From: an uncultured Alphaproteobacteria bacterium
Lineage (GTDB): Bacteria; Pseudomonadota; Alphaproteobacteria; HIMB59; GCA-002718135
Length of the DNA: 64,000 bases
Direction of reading: 5' to 3'
Assembly (NCBI GenBank): GCA_902560675.1
Contig: CACEMP010000007.1
Coordinates: forward strand, 1,851-65,850
How positions within the stretch are numbered: position 1 is the stretch's first letter; each line of letters opens with the position of its first letter. The notes under the pieces are model-generated. The model was given only the letters and a program-made list of their open reading frames with translations. It made no database searches and had not been told where the DNA came from. This document shows, piece after piece, positions 50,323-60,004 of the stretch. A program made the translations under genes and the position numbers.

Positions 50323-52181
50323 GTTCATTAATTGGGTTTTTAAGCTTAGTTTTTGCAATAGGAATTAATTTTTACTTATTGATTTCGAAATATATATTTA
50401 AATTTAAAAACTTGCCTTTCTATCTCTTTATTCGATTATCATCATTGCTAACTTTATTGTCTTTTTTTGCATTAATGTACGCATATATTGTATCAGATTT
50501 CTCAAATTATAATGTATTTCAAAATTCACACTCAAATAAACCTCTAATATATAAAATTGCAGGAACTTGGGGTAACCATGAAGGTTCAATGCTTCTATGG
50601 ATGACAGTATTATCTATTTATAGTTTCTTCTTTTCATTTACAAAAAATATAGAAGATAGTTTTAAAAGATCAACACTACTTATACAGGCTTTTATTCATA
50701 TTATGTTTGGTCTTTTTGTTGTTTTGACATCAAATCCATTTCTTGTTAACTCAATTTTTGTTGAAGAAGGTTTGGGTTTAAATCCAATCTTACAAGATCC
50801 CGGATTAGCAGTACATCCTCCTATTTTATATGCGGGTTATGTCGGTTATTCTATCGTATTTAGTATATCAATTGCTGGTTTGTTTCAAAATAGAGATGAT
50901 GAATGGCTGCATGTTGCAAAAAAATGGTCATTAATAAGTTGGACATTTTTAACTGGAGGTATAGCACTTGGTTCCTATTGGGCTTATTATGAATTAGGTT
51001 GGGGAGGTTGGTGGTTTTGGGATCCTGTAGAAAATGTTTCACTTATGCCGTGGATTGCTGGACTTGCTTTGGTGCACTCTTTAATGATGATTAGAGGTGA
51101 ACAGGCACTAATAAGATGGATTGTCTTCTTATCTATTTTGTGTTTTTCTTTAAGCGTATTTGGAACTTTTCTTGTAAGATCAGGAATTCTAACGAGTGTT
51201 CATTCTTTTGCAGCAGATTCATCTAGAGGAATATTTATACTTCTAATTTTTTTTATTATTACAGGATTTGGTTTTTTAGTCTTTCTATTGAAAGAACCAA
51301 AAAAATCTTATTCTTTAAAACTACTATTAATAAATAAAGCTTCAGCACTAGTTATTAATAATATTTTAATGGTTATAGCTACTTTAACAATTCTTTTAGG
51401 AACTATTTATCCAATTATTATTGAGGTTTTAAACAATAAAAGAATATCCGTTGGAGGTCCTTATTTTAATTCTACTGTTATACCAATAATGATTCCAGGT
51501 TTTTTATTAATGAGTGTTGCTCCTATTTTGTCATGGCAAACAAATAAAATCAAAAATTCAAAATTATATGTCCTCGCTTTTATTTTTTTAAGTGTTGCAG
51601 TTTTAATACAATCTTTTTACTTAACATTTAATACTTGGGGATTTATTGGAATACTCATAGGCTCATGGATAATTCTTGCCTCAATTATTGCAATATTTTT
51701 TTCATATAAAACGAAATTGAATATTAAGTTCTTTCAAATAATAAATCCACATGTTGCACATATTGGTGTTGGAATTGCAATTATTGGGATTACTTGTTCA
51801 AGTGTATTAAAAAGTGAATTTGAATTTAACCTTAATGAAGGGGATAAGTTTGAAATATATGATACTAAAATTTTGTTTAAAAAAATTGAAACAAAAAACG
51901 AAATTAACTTTCAATCATTAAGAGCTAAATTCTTATTTGATTTAGGGAACAAGGAGATAAAAGAAATACAAGCAGGAAAAAACTATTATCCAGTATCTAA
52001 AATGATAACATCAGAAGCTGGTATTTTGCATCAATGGTATAGAGACATTTATTTTATACTTGGAGATCAAAAAAATGATCAATGGTTTGTAAAAGTGTTA
52101 ATTAATCCATTTGTAAGTTTTATTTGGCTAGGGGTTTTGATAATGATTTACTCAGGTTTAATTGCAGTAACAAGACGATGA
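50319..52181 (+). CDS. ccmF: cytochrome c heme lyase subunit CcmF
   Basis: 620 aa, polytopic, with WWD motif WGGWWFWDPVEN. Confidence 0.93.
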   Translation: MSSLIGFLSLVFAIGINFYLLISKYIFKFKNLPFYLFIRLSSLLTLLSFFALMYAYIVSDFSNYNVFQNSHSNKPLIYKIAGTWGNHEGSMLLWMTVLSIYSFFFSFTKNIEDSFKRSTLLIQAFIHIMFGLFVVLTSNPFLVNSIFVEEGLGLNPILQDPGLAVHPPILYAGYVGYSIVFSISIAGLFQNRDDEWLHVAKKWSLISWTFLTGGIALGSYWAYYELGWGGWWFWDPVENVSLMPWIAGLALVHSLMMIRGEQALIRWIVFLSILCFSLSVFGTFLVRSGILTSVHSFAADSSRGIFILLIFFIITGFGFLVFLLKEPKKSYSLKLLLINKASALVINNILMVIATLTILLGTIYPIIIEVLNNKRISVGGPYFNSTVIPIMIPGFLLMSVAPILSWQTNKIKNSKLYVLAFIFLSVAVLIQSFYLTFNTWGFIGILIGSWIILASIIAIFFSYKTKLNIKFFQIINPHVAHIGVGIAIIGITCSSVLKSEFEFNLNEGDKFEIYDTKILFKKIETKNEINFQSLRAKFLFDLGNKEIKEIQAGKNYYPVSKMITSEAGILHQWYRDIYFILGDQKNDQWFVKVLINPFVSFIWLGVLIMIYSGLIAVTRR

Positions 52182-52702
52182 AAAAAATAATAATTTTAAC
52201 ACCATTAATTATACTTTTTATAATATCTGCTTTTTTGATAATTTATTTATTAAGTGATAAAAATCCTAATCAACCTCCTAGTGCTCTTTTAAACAAAGAT
52301 GTACCTAATTTTGAAAGTAAATCTTTGTATGATGAAAATAAGATTATTAAGATAGAAAACATAAAAAATAAAAAAATTTTAATAAATTTTTTTGCATCGT
52401 GGTGTGCTCCTTGCAAAATTGAGCATCCTCTATTATTTGAAATTAAAGAAAGGTATCCCGATTTATATATATTGGGATTCAATCACAAAGATAAAGCTTC
52501 GGATGGAATAAATTATCTTAAAAAAGATGGAGATCCATATAATTTTGTTGGTGTAGATTCTGATGGATTAATCGCTTTAGAATTTGGAGTTTTTGGACTT
52601 CCTGAAACATTTCTAATTAATGAAAATGGAAAAATTATTTACAAGATATTGGGTCCCATAACTAAAGATATATTAAAAAATGAAATTGAACCATTACTGT
52701 AG
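52178..52702 (+). CDS. ccmG: thiol:disulfide oxidoreductase CcmG/DsbE
   Basis: WCAPC active site and GVFGLPETFLI. ATG at 52178 overlaps the ccmF stop (ATGA). The track ORF starts earlier at 52124. Confidence 0.9.
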   Translation: MKKIIILTPLIILFIISAFLIIYLLSDKNPNQPPSALLNKDVPNFESKSLYDENKIIKIENIKNKKILINFFASWCAPCKIEHPLLFEIKERYPDLYILGFNHKDKASDGINYLKKDGDPYNFVGVDSDGLIALEFGVFGLPETFLINENGKIIYKILGPITKDILKNEIEPLL

Positions 52703-53066
52703 TATAATTTATACAATAAGTATTATGTTGTTTTGTCTTATTTCAAAATCTTATGCCAATGAAAATATAGATGAACGTGTAAAAAAATTGACTTTAGAAT
52801 TAAGATGTATGACATGTCAAAATCAAAGTATTTATGACTCAGATGCTGAATTTTCAAATAATATAAAAAAAATAATAAGAGATAAATTTGAAAAAGGCGA
52901 AAATGAAACAGATATTAAGAAATTTCTGGTTCAAAGATATGGGGAATATATACTTTTCAGACCTTTGATAAATTATAATAATAGTTTTCTTTGGGTTTTT
53001 CCTTTTATATTGCTAGTATTTGGCTTATTTTTTATAGTTATTAAGAGCAGAAAAAATAAGGCTTAA
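52680..53066 (+). CDS. ccmH: cytochrome c-type biogenesis protein CcmH
   Basis: LRCMTCQNQSIYDSDA motif and a C-terminal TM segment. An alternative start at 52725 would avoid the overlap with ccmG. Confidence 0.88.
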   Translation: MKLNHYCSIIYTISIMLFCLISKSYANENIDERVKKLTLELRCMTCQNQSIYDSDAEFSNNIKKIIRDKFEKGENETDIKKFLVQRYGEYILFRPLINYNNSFLWVFPFILLVFGLFFIVIKSRKNKA

Positions 53067-53141
53067 ACAATTTATTTTGTTTTTTCTTAATTAGATTATA
53101 TGGTTCATCATAATTTAGAATTACTTCTTTAAGGAGGAAAC

Positions 53142-53975
53142 GTGAAAAAAATTTTAATATACTTATTATCAATTAGTATCTTTGGAATAGCATCAGTAGC
53201 TAATTCTCAAACTATAAGAATTGGTACTGAAGGTGCTTACCCACCTTGGAACAACATAAATTCTGCAGGTGAATTAGAAGGTGCTGAAATTGATTTTGGT
53301 AATGAAGCTTGTGAAAGAATGGGTGTAACATGCGAATGGGTAACCCAAGATTGGGATGGTATAATTCCAGCTCTTCTTCAAGGAAAATATGATATTATCA
53401 TTGCTGGTATGTCGATCACTGAAGAGAGAAAAGAAAAAGTAAATTTTACAACTGGCTACATGACTGATGGAGCAAGATTTGCTGTATTAAAAAATAGTGG
53501 ATTAGCCGATTTAAATATAGCAGGAATGGCAAAGGTTAACTTGAATAATGCTGGAGGTAAAGAACAAGCAGCTATTGGTCAGTTAATTGCTGCAATGGAT
53601 GGTAAAACAGTATGTGTTCAATCATCTACAATACATCAAAACTTTTTAGAAAAACATATGTCTGGTGCCGTCGATGTAAAGTTATATCAAGCCGTGGATG
53701 ATCATAACCTAGATCTCGCTGCTGGAAGATGTGATGCTGTTTTAGCAGATGTAGGATCAATTATCGATTTTATGGAGTCAGATGGTGGAATTGATGTGGC
53801 TTTCACTGGACCTACTTTTTCAGGTGGTGTATTTGGTGATGGAGTAGGAGGAGCTGTACGTAAAGAAGATTCAGATATTTTAAATATGTGGAATTCTGTT
53901 ATCTCTGAAATGTCTAAAGATGGAACAACTGCTGAAATAACAAAAAGGTGGTTCGGAAGAGACATCTCAATGTAA
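53142..53975 (+). CDS. periplasmic polar amino-acid/opine-binding protein (ABC SBP family 3, HisJ/ArgT/OccT-like)
   Basis: Signal peptide, then IRIGTEGAYPPWN...DFGNEACERMGV.CEWV.QDWDGIIPALLQGKYDIIIAGMSIT. Strong SD AAGGAGG before a GTG start. Noticeably higher GC than its neighbours. Confidence 0.85.
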   Translation: MKKILIYLLSISIFGIASVANSQTIRIGTEGAYPPWNNINSAGELEGAEIDFGNEACERMGVTCEWVTQDWDGIIPALLQGKYDIIIAGMSITEERKEKVNFTTGYMTDGARFAVLKNSGLADLNIAGMAKVNLNNAGGKEQAAIGQLIAAMDGKTVCVQSSTIHQNFLEKHMSGAVDVKLYQAVDDHNLDLAAGRCDAVLADVGSIIDFMESDGGIDVAFTGPTFSGGVFGDGVGGAVRKEDSDILNMWNSVISEMSKDGTTAEITKRWFGRDISM

Positions 53976-53994
53976 TTTTATACAAACAATAAAA

Positions 53995-54022
53995 AGCGGT
54001 TTATTAAACCGCTTTTTTTTTT
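53995..54022 (+). terminator. rho-independent terminator
   Basis: AGCGGTTT-ATT-AAACCGCT hairpin followed by a T10 run. Confidence 0.85.
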
Positions 54023-54063
54023 GTGAAATTGAATAATTAAGGCTATCAATTTTTATAAATTTT

Positions 54064-54345
54064 ATGATTTCTTTACTTAGTTTATTAATCCAAATTATTA
54101 ATCTATTTCAATTTATTCTAATCATTTATATTGTTAGTATGTGGTTAGTTAATTTTAACATTATTAATACAAGTAATCGTTTTGTTTACTCAATTATGGA
54201 TGCGATGTACCGTCTATGTGAGCCTAGTTTGAATTTTGTCAGAAGATATTTGCCTACATTTGGTAATTTAGATTTATCTCCAATAGTCGTTTATCTTGGG
54301 TTATGGTTTATTAAGAGTTTATTAATTGAATATTGGCCAAGGTAA
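54064..54345 (+). CDS. YggT-family membrane protein
   Basis: 93 aa with two TM segments and the typical YggT pattern (P..R...P..G.lDlSPi). Confidence 0.7.
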   Translation: MISLLSLLIQIINLFQFILIIYIVSMWLVNFNIINTSNRFVYSIMDAMYRLCEPSLNFVRRYLPTFGNLDLSPIVVYLGLWFIKSLLIEYWPR

Positions 54346-54347
54346 TA

Positions 54348-55232
54348 ATGACTACAATAATCGATGGAAAATTAATTGCACAAAATCTCAAAGATAAATT
54401 GAAAACAGAAATAACGCATCTTACAAAAAAATATAATAAATCTCCTGGGCTAGCAGTTGTTCAGGTAGGAGATGTTGCAGCCAGTAGTGTTTATGTCAAA
54501 GCTAAAACAAAGAGTGCTAAAGACGTTGGGATTGAAGTTATTGATCATCATTTAGACAGTCAAATAACTCAAAGTGAATTAATTAATTTAATTAATAAGT
54601 TAAATGATCAGGTTAATGTAAATGGTATCTTGGTACAACTCCCACTTCCTAAACATATTGATGAGCAAATAATACTAGACACGATAAGTCCATATAAGGA
54701 TGCTGATGGTTTTCATCCTCTTAATGTAGGAAAATTATCAATAAATGAAAAAAATGATGAAAATCTATTAATTCCTTGTACTCCGTTTGGTTGCTTATTA
54801 TTGCTTAAAAGCCTTAATATTGATCTTAAAGGTAAAAACGCTGTTGTTATTGGAAGATCAAATATCGTTGGTAAACCGATGGCCCAATTGCTTTTAAAGG
54901 AATCATGTACAGTTACTATTGCTCATTCAAAAACTATTAATATAGAAACCTTATGCAGTAAAGCTGATATTCTGATTGCAGCAATTGGAAAACCAGAAAT
55001 AGTTAAAAAAGAGTGGATTAAAAATAATGCAATAGTAATTGATGTTGGCATAAATAGAATGAATATTAACAAAGAAGGCGAAGTTAAAACTAAACTAGTT
55101 GGAGATGTGGATTTTCGAGAGGCTAAAAATAAAGCATTTGCCATTACACCCGTTCCAGGTGGTGTTGGTCCAATGACAATTGCATGCCTGCTTAGAAATA
55201 CAACTACTGCATTTAAAAATAGTTTAAATTAA
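54348..55232 (+). CDS. folD: bifunctional methylenetetrahydrofolate dehydrogenase/cyclohydrolase
   Basis: IIDGK N-terminus, VQLPLP, GRSNIVGKPMA and PVPGGVGPMT. ATG at 54348; the track start at 54333 is TTG. Confidence 0.94.
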   Translation: MTTIIDGKLIAQNLKDKLKTEITHLTKKYNKSPGLAVVQVGDVAASSVYVKAKTKSAKDVGIEVIDHHLDSQITQSELINLINKLNDQVNVNGILVQLPLPKHIDEQIILDTISPYKDADGFHPLNVGKLSINEKNDENLLIPCTPFGCLLLLKSLNIDLKGKNAVVIGRSNIVGKPMAQLLLKESCTVTIAHSKTINIETLCSKADILIAAIGKPEIVKKEWIKNNAIVIDVGINRMNINKEGEVKTKLVGDVDFREAKNKAFAITPVPGGVGPMTIACLLRNTTTAFKNSLN

Positions 55233-56083
55233 TCTAGTAAAAATTTTCTAACTTTACCTTCAAAAGTTTTTATGGAAATTTTGTTTCTAGCCTCTTCACA
55301 ATGAGAACAAAGCTTAGTGTATTCACCACATGGTGATTTATTATTTGTGTAGTAAATATTTTCATGAAAGCTATATCCAACTGCTTTTGGTGATATCCAG
55401 CCTCCAAAATATAAAACGGCTTTTTTATTTAAAGCAGCAGCAACATGCCCAAACCCCCCTTCAGGACCAACATAAATATCACATCTGTCCATAACCGCAC
55501 ATGCAACTCTGAAGCTTAAATTCTGTGGAGCATAAACACCTTCAATTTGTTTTGTTTTATCATGCACTGAATGTATTATTAAATTATCATGTTTCAGATT
55601 TTCAATTAGAGAATTCCAATTCTGATATCCCCAATCCTTATTTTGATGCTTTATGCTAAATTGCTTATCATTTATTTTGGTTGATGATGTCTCAATAAAA
55701 ATAATCTTATTAAAATTTTTTTGATTACTTTTAGTCCAATAGTTTTTTGATTCTTCAATAATTTTTTTAGCATGTAATATTTCTTCTTCACTAAAATATA
55801 GTTGACCTGGAACAGGTTTAAAATTTTCATTCCAAATATAATTTTTACTATTTGAATTTTTATAATCTATATAAGGTCTATTACCTTGGTGATAATTGAT
55901 TATATGAATTGGTTTATTTGCATTTAAATTTCTGCAATCAGATATATTTGGATTATTATCATATATTATTGAATGATATGCTTGTTTTTTTTCCGCATTA
56001 CCAATAACAATTTGTCTCTCCGGATATAGTTTTTTAATCTTTGCAGCAAATGTTGTTACTAATAAATCATCACCATAACCCAT
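55229..56083 (-). CDS. glycosyltransferase family 9-like (heptosyltransferase-like) protein
   Basis: N-terminal GYGDDLLVTTFAAKIKKLYP and C-terminal D.YVGPEGGFGHVAAALNKKAVLYFG resemble the GT9 GDxL and GxDSGxxHLAAA motifs. At 284 aa it is shorter than typical GT9 proteins. Confidence 0.5.
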   Translation of the reverse strand: MGYGDDLLVTTFAAKIKKLYPERQIVIGNAEKKQAYHSIIYDNNPNISDCRNLNANKPIHIINYHQGNRPYIDYKNSNSKNYIWNENFKPVPGQLYFSEEEILHAKKIIEESKNYWTKSNQKNFNKIIFIETSSTKINDKQFSIKHQNKDWGYQNWNSLIENLKHDNLIIHSVHDKTKQIEGVYAPQNLSFRVACAVMDRCDIYVGPEGGFGHVAAALNKKAVLYFGGWISPKAVGYSFHENIYYTNNKSPCGEYTKLCSHCEEARNKISIKTFEGKVRKFLLD

Positions 56084-56091
56084 AGTAATTA

Positions 56092-57276
56092 TTAGTTATT
56101 TTTTTTTAGACGAATTGAATTAACTTTAATAAATCCTTCTGCATCTTTTTGGTTATAATCACCCTTAACATCAAATGAGACTAAATTATTTTCATAAAGA
56201 CTGTTTTCTGAAAATCTACCTAAAATAATAACATTTCCTTTAAAAACTTTTAATTTTACTTTTCCATTTACATTTATCTGAGTACTGTCAATTAATTTTT
56301 GCATAGCAATTCTTTCTGATGAAAACCACAAACCATTATAAATTGACTCAGCGTATTTTGGCATAATTTCATCTTTTAGATGTGCTTCCCCCCTATCAAG
56401 AGTTATGCTTTCAATTGCTCTATGGGCATTTATTAGTATTGTGCCGCCAGGTGTTTCATAAACTCCTCTAGATTTTATACCAATAAATCTATTTTCAACA
56501 ATATCAATTCTTCCAACACCGTGTTTTCCAGCAATTTTATTTAATTTTAATAAAATTTGTTCTGGTTGTAATTTTTCATCATTAATTGAAATTGGATTAC
56601 CATTTTTAAATTCAATAATTAGAGTTTCAGGATCATTGGGTGTGTCACTTAAGTTGCTAGTCCGTGTATATATATATTCAGGAGGTTCGGTCCAAGGGTC
56701 TTCAAGAAGTTTTCCTTCAGAGGATGTATGTAAAAGATTAGCATCGGTACTAAACGGAGGTTCTCCTATTTTGTCTTTTGTTACTTCTATTTGGTTTTTT
56801 TGTGCATAATCAATTAAGTCACTTCTACTTTCAAATTCCCAGTTTCTCCATGGAGCAATTACTTTAATTGTTGAACTATTAGCGTAATATCCAAATTCAA
56901 ATCTGACTTGATCATTTCCTTTGCCTGTAGCTCCATGAGCTACTGCTTCAGCCCCAACCTCTCTAGCAATCTCTACCTGTCTTTTTGCAATTAATGGTCT
57001 TGCTATAGCTGTTCCTAATAGATAAGAGCCTTCGTATAAAGCATTAGCTCTAAACATTGGAAATACATAGTCTCTAACAAACTCACGCTGAAGATTTTCA
57101 ATAAATATCTCTTTCACACCTAGTTGTTTAGCTTTTCTTTCAACAGATTCTAATTCTTCGCCCTGTCCAATGTCTGCTGTAAAAGTAACTACTTCACATT
57201 TATATTTGTTCTGAAGCCATTTAAGAATTACGCTTGTGTCCAGACCACCAGAATAAGCTAAAACAATCTTTTTCAT
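56092..57276 (-). CDS. argG: argininosuccinate synthase
   Basis: [25 protein letters not shown] at 57276 overlaps the upstream stop (TAATG). The track start at 57282 is TTG. Confidence 0.95.
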   Translation of the reverse strand: MKKIVLAYSGGLDTSVILKWLQNKYKCEVVTFTADIGQGEELESVERKAKQLGVKEIFIENLQREFVRDYVFPMFRANALYEGSYLLGTAIARPLIAKRQVEIAREVGAEAVAHGATGKGNDQVRFEFGYYANSSTIKVIAPWRNWEFESRSDLIDYAQKNQIEVTKDKIGEPPFSTDANLLHTSSEGKLLEDPWTEPPEYIYTRTSNLSDTPNDPETLIIEFKNGNPISINDEKLQPEQILLKLNKIAGKHGVGRIDIVENRFIGIKSRGVYETPGGTILINAHRAIESITLDRGEAHLKDEIMPKYAESIYNGLWFSSERIAMQKLIDSTQINVNGKVKLKVFKGNVIILGRFSENSLYENNLVSFDVKGDYNQKDAEGFIKVNSIRLKKNN

Positions 57277-57746
57277 TAGCAATCTTCGATAAGCTTATTA
57301 TAAGACGCTGTAAAACCTTTTAAAGTGTAAATATCATTTGTCACAGTCCCTCTAGAAGATTTACCTGTGACAGTTAACTCCAAACCTTTCTTCATTGCGA
57401 AAATAACCTTGTTATCATCATTAGTCCATGATGCCGAAGGAAGATCCTCTGTAGTATAAAAGTTGTACTCTCCTTTATCAATTTTCACAATTATTTCCGG
57501 TCCTATTTTATAATTATAACCAGCTTCAATTTGCACTATAGTCTCAGGCGAACCAATATTTTTATAAACTAAAATATAAAACTCTCCCCTATTTTTATCA
57601 GGTGATAAATCTGTTGCTATTGCTAAACTACCGATATAACAATACTCATCTGTCTTCACGAAACTCCATTTGCCCTTTTCAAGTGTCAAACCAGGTAAAG
57701 ACAGAAAAACGTATAATGAGATAAAAAGTCCTAAAATTATTTTCAT
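57276..57746 (-). CDS. secreted hypothetical protein, possibly IalB-like (invasion-associated locus B family)
   Basis: Signal peptide, W..V....YC near the N-terminus, and a C-terminal [12 protein letters not shown]....G.......L.GF..SY..L pattern that resembles the IalB family as I recall it. Confidence 0.4.
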   Translation of the reverse strand: MKIILGLFISLYVFLSLPGLTLEKGKWSFVKTDEYCYIGSLAIATDLSPDKNRGEFYILVYKNIGSPETIVQIEAGYNYKIGPEIIVKIDKGEYNFYTTEDLPSASWTNDDNKVIFAMKKGLELTVTGKSSRGTVTNDIYTLKGFTASYNKLIEDC

Positions 57747-57819
57747 CTAATTTACCTTTTAGTATATCTTACACGATTAGTTAAGAAAGATTAGAGCATG
57801 ATAATTAAATTGATTAGAA

Positions 57820-58353
57820 ATGAATAAATTACAATTAAATCAGTTAATGATTAAAATTAGAGAAGACCGCGACGAAATGGCTTTTTCAAGTTTATTTGAT
57901 TTTCTAGCACCAAAAATTAAGGGGTATTATATTCAAAATGGTCTTTCATCTGAAAATGCTGAAGAATTGACTCAGGAGGTCTTCAGTATAATTTGGGCAA
58001 AATCTGACAGTTATAACCCATCAAAATCAGCTCTTTCTACTTGGGCATATACAATTGCAAGAAATAAAAAAGTTGATTTTTTAAGGAAAAACAAAGGATT
58101 TTATGGAAACGAGGAAGATATTAGAGAATTTTTATATGAGGCAAATAGAGAAGATATATTTAATCAAAATGAAATAAATGAGCAGGTAAAAAAATTAAAT
58201 ATGGAACTTGAACCTAGTCAAAGAAAGATGATTAAAATGAACTTTTTTGAAAATAAAAGTCATAAAAAAATTGCTGAAGAGCTTGAAATTCCCTTAGGTA
58301 CAGTTAAATCTAGAATAAGGCATATTTTAATAAAAATGCAGAGATTGTTATGA
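57820..58353 (+). CDS. ECF-type RNA polymerase sigma factor (RpoE/ChrR-group-like)
   Basis: Region 2 (LTQEVFSIIW...STWAYTIARNKKVDFLRK) and region 4 (SHKKIAEELEIPLGTVKSRI). ATGA overlap with the downstream anti-sigma gene. Confidence 0.85.
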   Translation: MNKLQLNQLMIKIREDRDEMAFSSLFDFLAPKIKGYYIQNGLSSENAEELTQEVFSIIWAKSDSYNPSKSALSTWAYTIARNKKVDFLRKNKGFYGNEEDIREFLYEANREDIFNQNEINEQVKKLNMELEPSQRKMIKMNFFENKSHKKIAEELEIPLGTVKSRIRHILIKMQRLL

Positions 58354-58979
58354 ACGGTACTTTGGTAAAAAATCAGCTAATATTTGACTTCGCTGCTGGA
58401 TCTCTAGGCCCAGCTAAGTCAGTTTTTACATCTACCTATCTTTATTTAAATTCAAAAGCATCTTCCCTAAATAATACGTTTGAGAGTATGCTTGGCGATG
58501 ATCTTATTTCTAATCATGATGTAGCTTTAGATAAGACTACATATAAAGACTGTATTAGCAAAATAAAGAAAACAAAAATAAAATCTGATGAAGAATCAAG
58601 CCCTATATCTAAACTTGTTGGGCCTATTACAGACTTAAAATGGAAACAAAAATATAAAGGTTTTAGTGAGTTCAATCTTAAGATCAAAGATGATGATGAA
58701 TTAAAATTGATTAAAATGGATCCTGGTGTTTCTGTACCTCTTCATTCGCATGGTGGTAAAGAATATATACTCGTGCTAGACGGTAGCTTTTGTGATGAAT
58801 ATGGAAAATATTCAGTAGGCGATATCCAAATTAATGATCAAAAGATAAAACACACACCAATCGCTTGTAAAGATGACGGGTGTGTATGTTTATCAATTAC
58901 TGAAAAGGATGTTATATTTTATGGTAGATATGGCTCTTTTTTAAACTTGTTTACATTTATAAAATCTTTTTTTAAGTAA
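58350..58979 (+). CDS. ChrR-like anti-sigma factor with a C-terminal cupin domain; zinc ligands of the N-terminal anti-sigma domain absent
   Basis: N-terminal FAAGSLGPAKSVFTSTYLYLNSKAS aligns with ChrR YAAGTLSEAFSLVVATHLSLCDEC as I recall it. Cupin motif PLHSHGGKEYILVLDG...GD......H.P. Confidence 0.65.
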   Translation: MNGTLVKNQLIFDFAAGSLGPAKSVFTSTYLYLNSKASSLNNTFESMLGDDLISNHDVALDKTTYKDCISKIKKTKIKSDEESSPISKLVGPITDLKWKQKYKGFSEFNLKIKDDDELKLIKMDPGVSVPLHSHGGKEYILVLDGSFCDEYGKYSVGDIQINDQKIKHTPIACKDDGCVCLSITEKDVIFYGRYGSFLNLFTFIKSFFK

Positions 58980-58990
58980 TTCTTCTTAAC

Positions 58991-60004
58991 TTGTTTTATA
59001 ATAAACAAGTGAAAAAAATAACATCTGAATTTTACAGAGGTAATACTGTAGAAAGCATTCATAAAATCAAAGTATTAGTTAAAAATTTGGATGGGAAAAA
59101 ACTAATTAGCACAGGAAATGATAATGATTTAATATTTCCTAGATCAGCAGTTAAAATTTTTCAAGCAATTCCATTTGCAGAAACTAAAGCAATACAAAAA
59201 TTTAAGCTTAACCCTAGAATTATTGCATTAAGCTGTTCATCTCATAGAGGTGAGTCATTTCATATAAAAGAACTTAAAAAGTGGTTAAAAAAAATTAGTA
59301 TAGATAAAAAAGATTTAAAATGTGGTATTCATTATCCACTCAACCTCAAAGCAAATAAGAATGTTTTAAAGTCTAATATTAAAGTAGATCAGCTATATAA
59401 TAATTGTGCAGGTAAACATTTAGGAATGATAACTAGCTGTATTGTAAATAATTTAGATACAAAAAACTATCTTAGTTTTAAACATCCACATCAAAAAAGA
59501 ATAAGGAAAGTTTTTGAAAGATTTTCAGGAAAAAAAATAATCAAAAAAAATTATGCTGTTGATGGATGTAGTGCACCTCAGTATTCCTTTCAAATTAAGG
59601 ATATAAGCAAAATTCTTGCTAATTTAAATAAAAGTTACTTTGGAAAATTTGAGAATTCTTGTGAAACAAAAATATTAATCAATTCTATTATTAACAATCC
59701 AAATTATATAGGTGGAACAGATAGTTTAGATAGTAGGGTTATGAGAATTTCAAACAAAAAAATATTTTGCAAAGGTGGAGCTGAAGGGGTATTTCTTTTT
59801 ATACATTTAAAAAAGGGAATACAGGGAGTTATAAAAGTGGTAGATGGAAATGAAAGAGCAATACCTCCTGTTATTTTTGATATTTTTAAAAAATTAAAGA
59901 TACTTACTAATAGTGAATTAAGAAACTTGAAAAAGAACTATGATTTCAATCTATTTAATCATGCTAAGATATTGACTGGATCCATAAAAACTAAATTAAA
60001 GTAA
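58991..60004 (+). CDS. asparaginase II-family (PF06089-like) protein
   Basis: YRGNTVESIH, PRSAVKIFQAIP, CSSHRGE, NNCAGKH, DGCSAP and KGGAEG motifs. Start is TTG at 58991 or GTG at 59009. Confidence 0.65.
   Translation: MFYNKQVKKITSEFYRGNTVESIHKIKVLVKNLDGKKLISTGNDNDLIFPRSAVKIFQAIPFAETKAIQKFKLNPRIIALSCSSHRGESFHIKELKKWLKKISIDKKDLKCGIHYPLNLKANKNVLKSNIKVDQLYNNCAGKHLGMITSCIVNNLDTKNYLSFKHPHQKRIRKVFERFSGKKIIKKNYAVDGCSAPQYSFQIKDISKILANLNKSYFGKFENSCETKILINSIINNPNYIGGTDSLDSRVMRISNKKIFCKGGAEGVFLFIHLKKGIQGVIKVVDGNERAIPPVIFDIFKKLKILTNSELRNLKKNYDFNLFNHAKILTGSIKTKLK

Noticed and set aside
56084-56095. Possible upstream extension (LIIT) of the GT9-like protein that would restore the first beta-strand of the GT9 fold via a non-canonical start.
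   Set aside because: Only four codons are available before an in-frame stop, and none is a standard start. This is too speculative to call.
57763-57786. Candidate autoregulated RpoE-type promoter (TGATCC...TAAGA-like) upstream of the ECF sigma gene.
   Set aside because: A TAAGA is present (57782-86), but the best -35-like element (TATATC) is only 13 nt away. My recollection of the consensus is also not firm enough to support the call.
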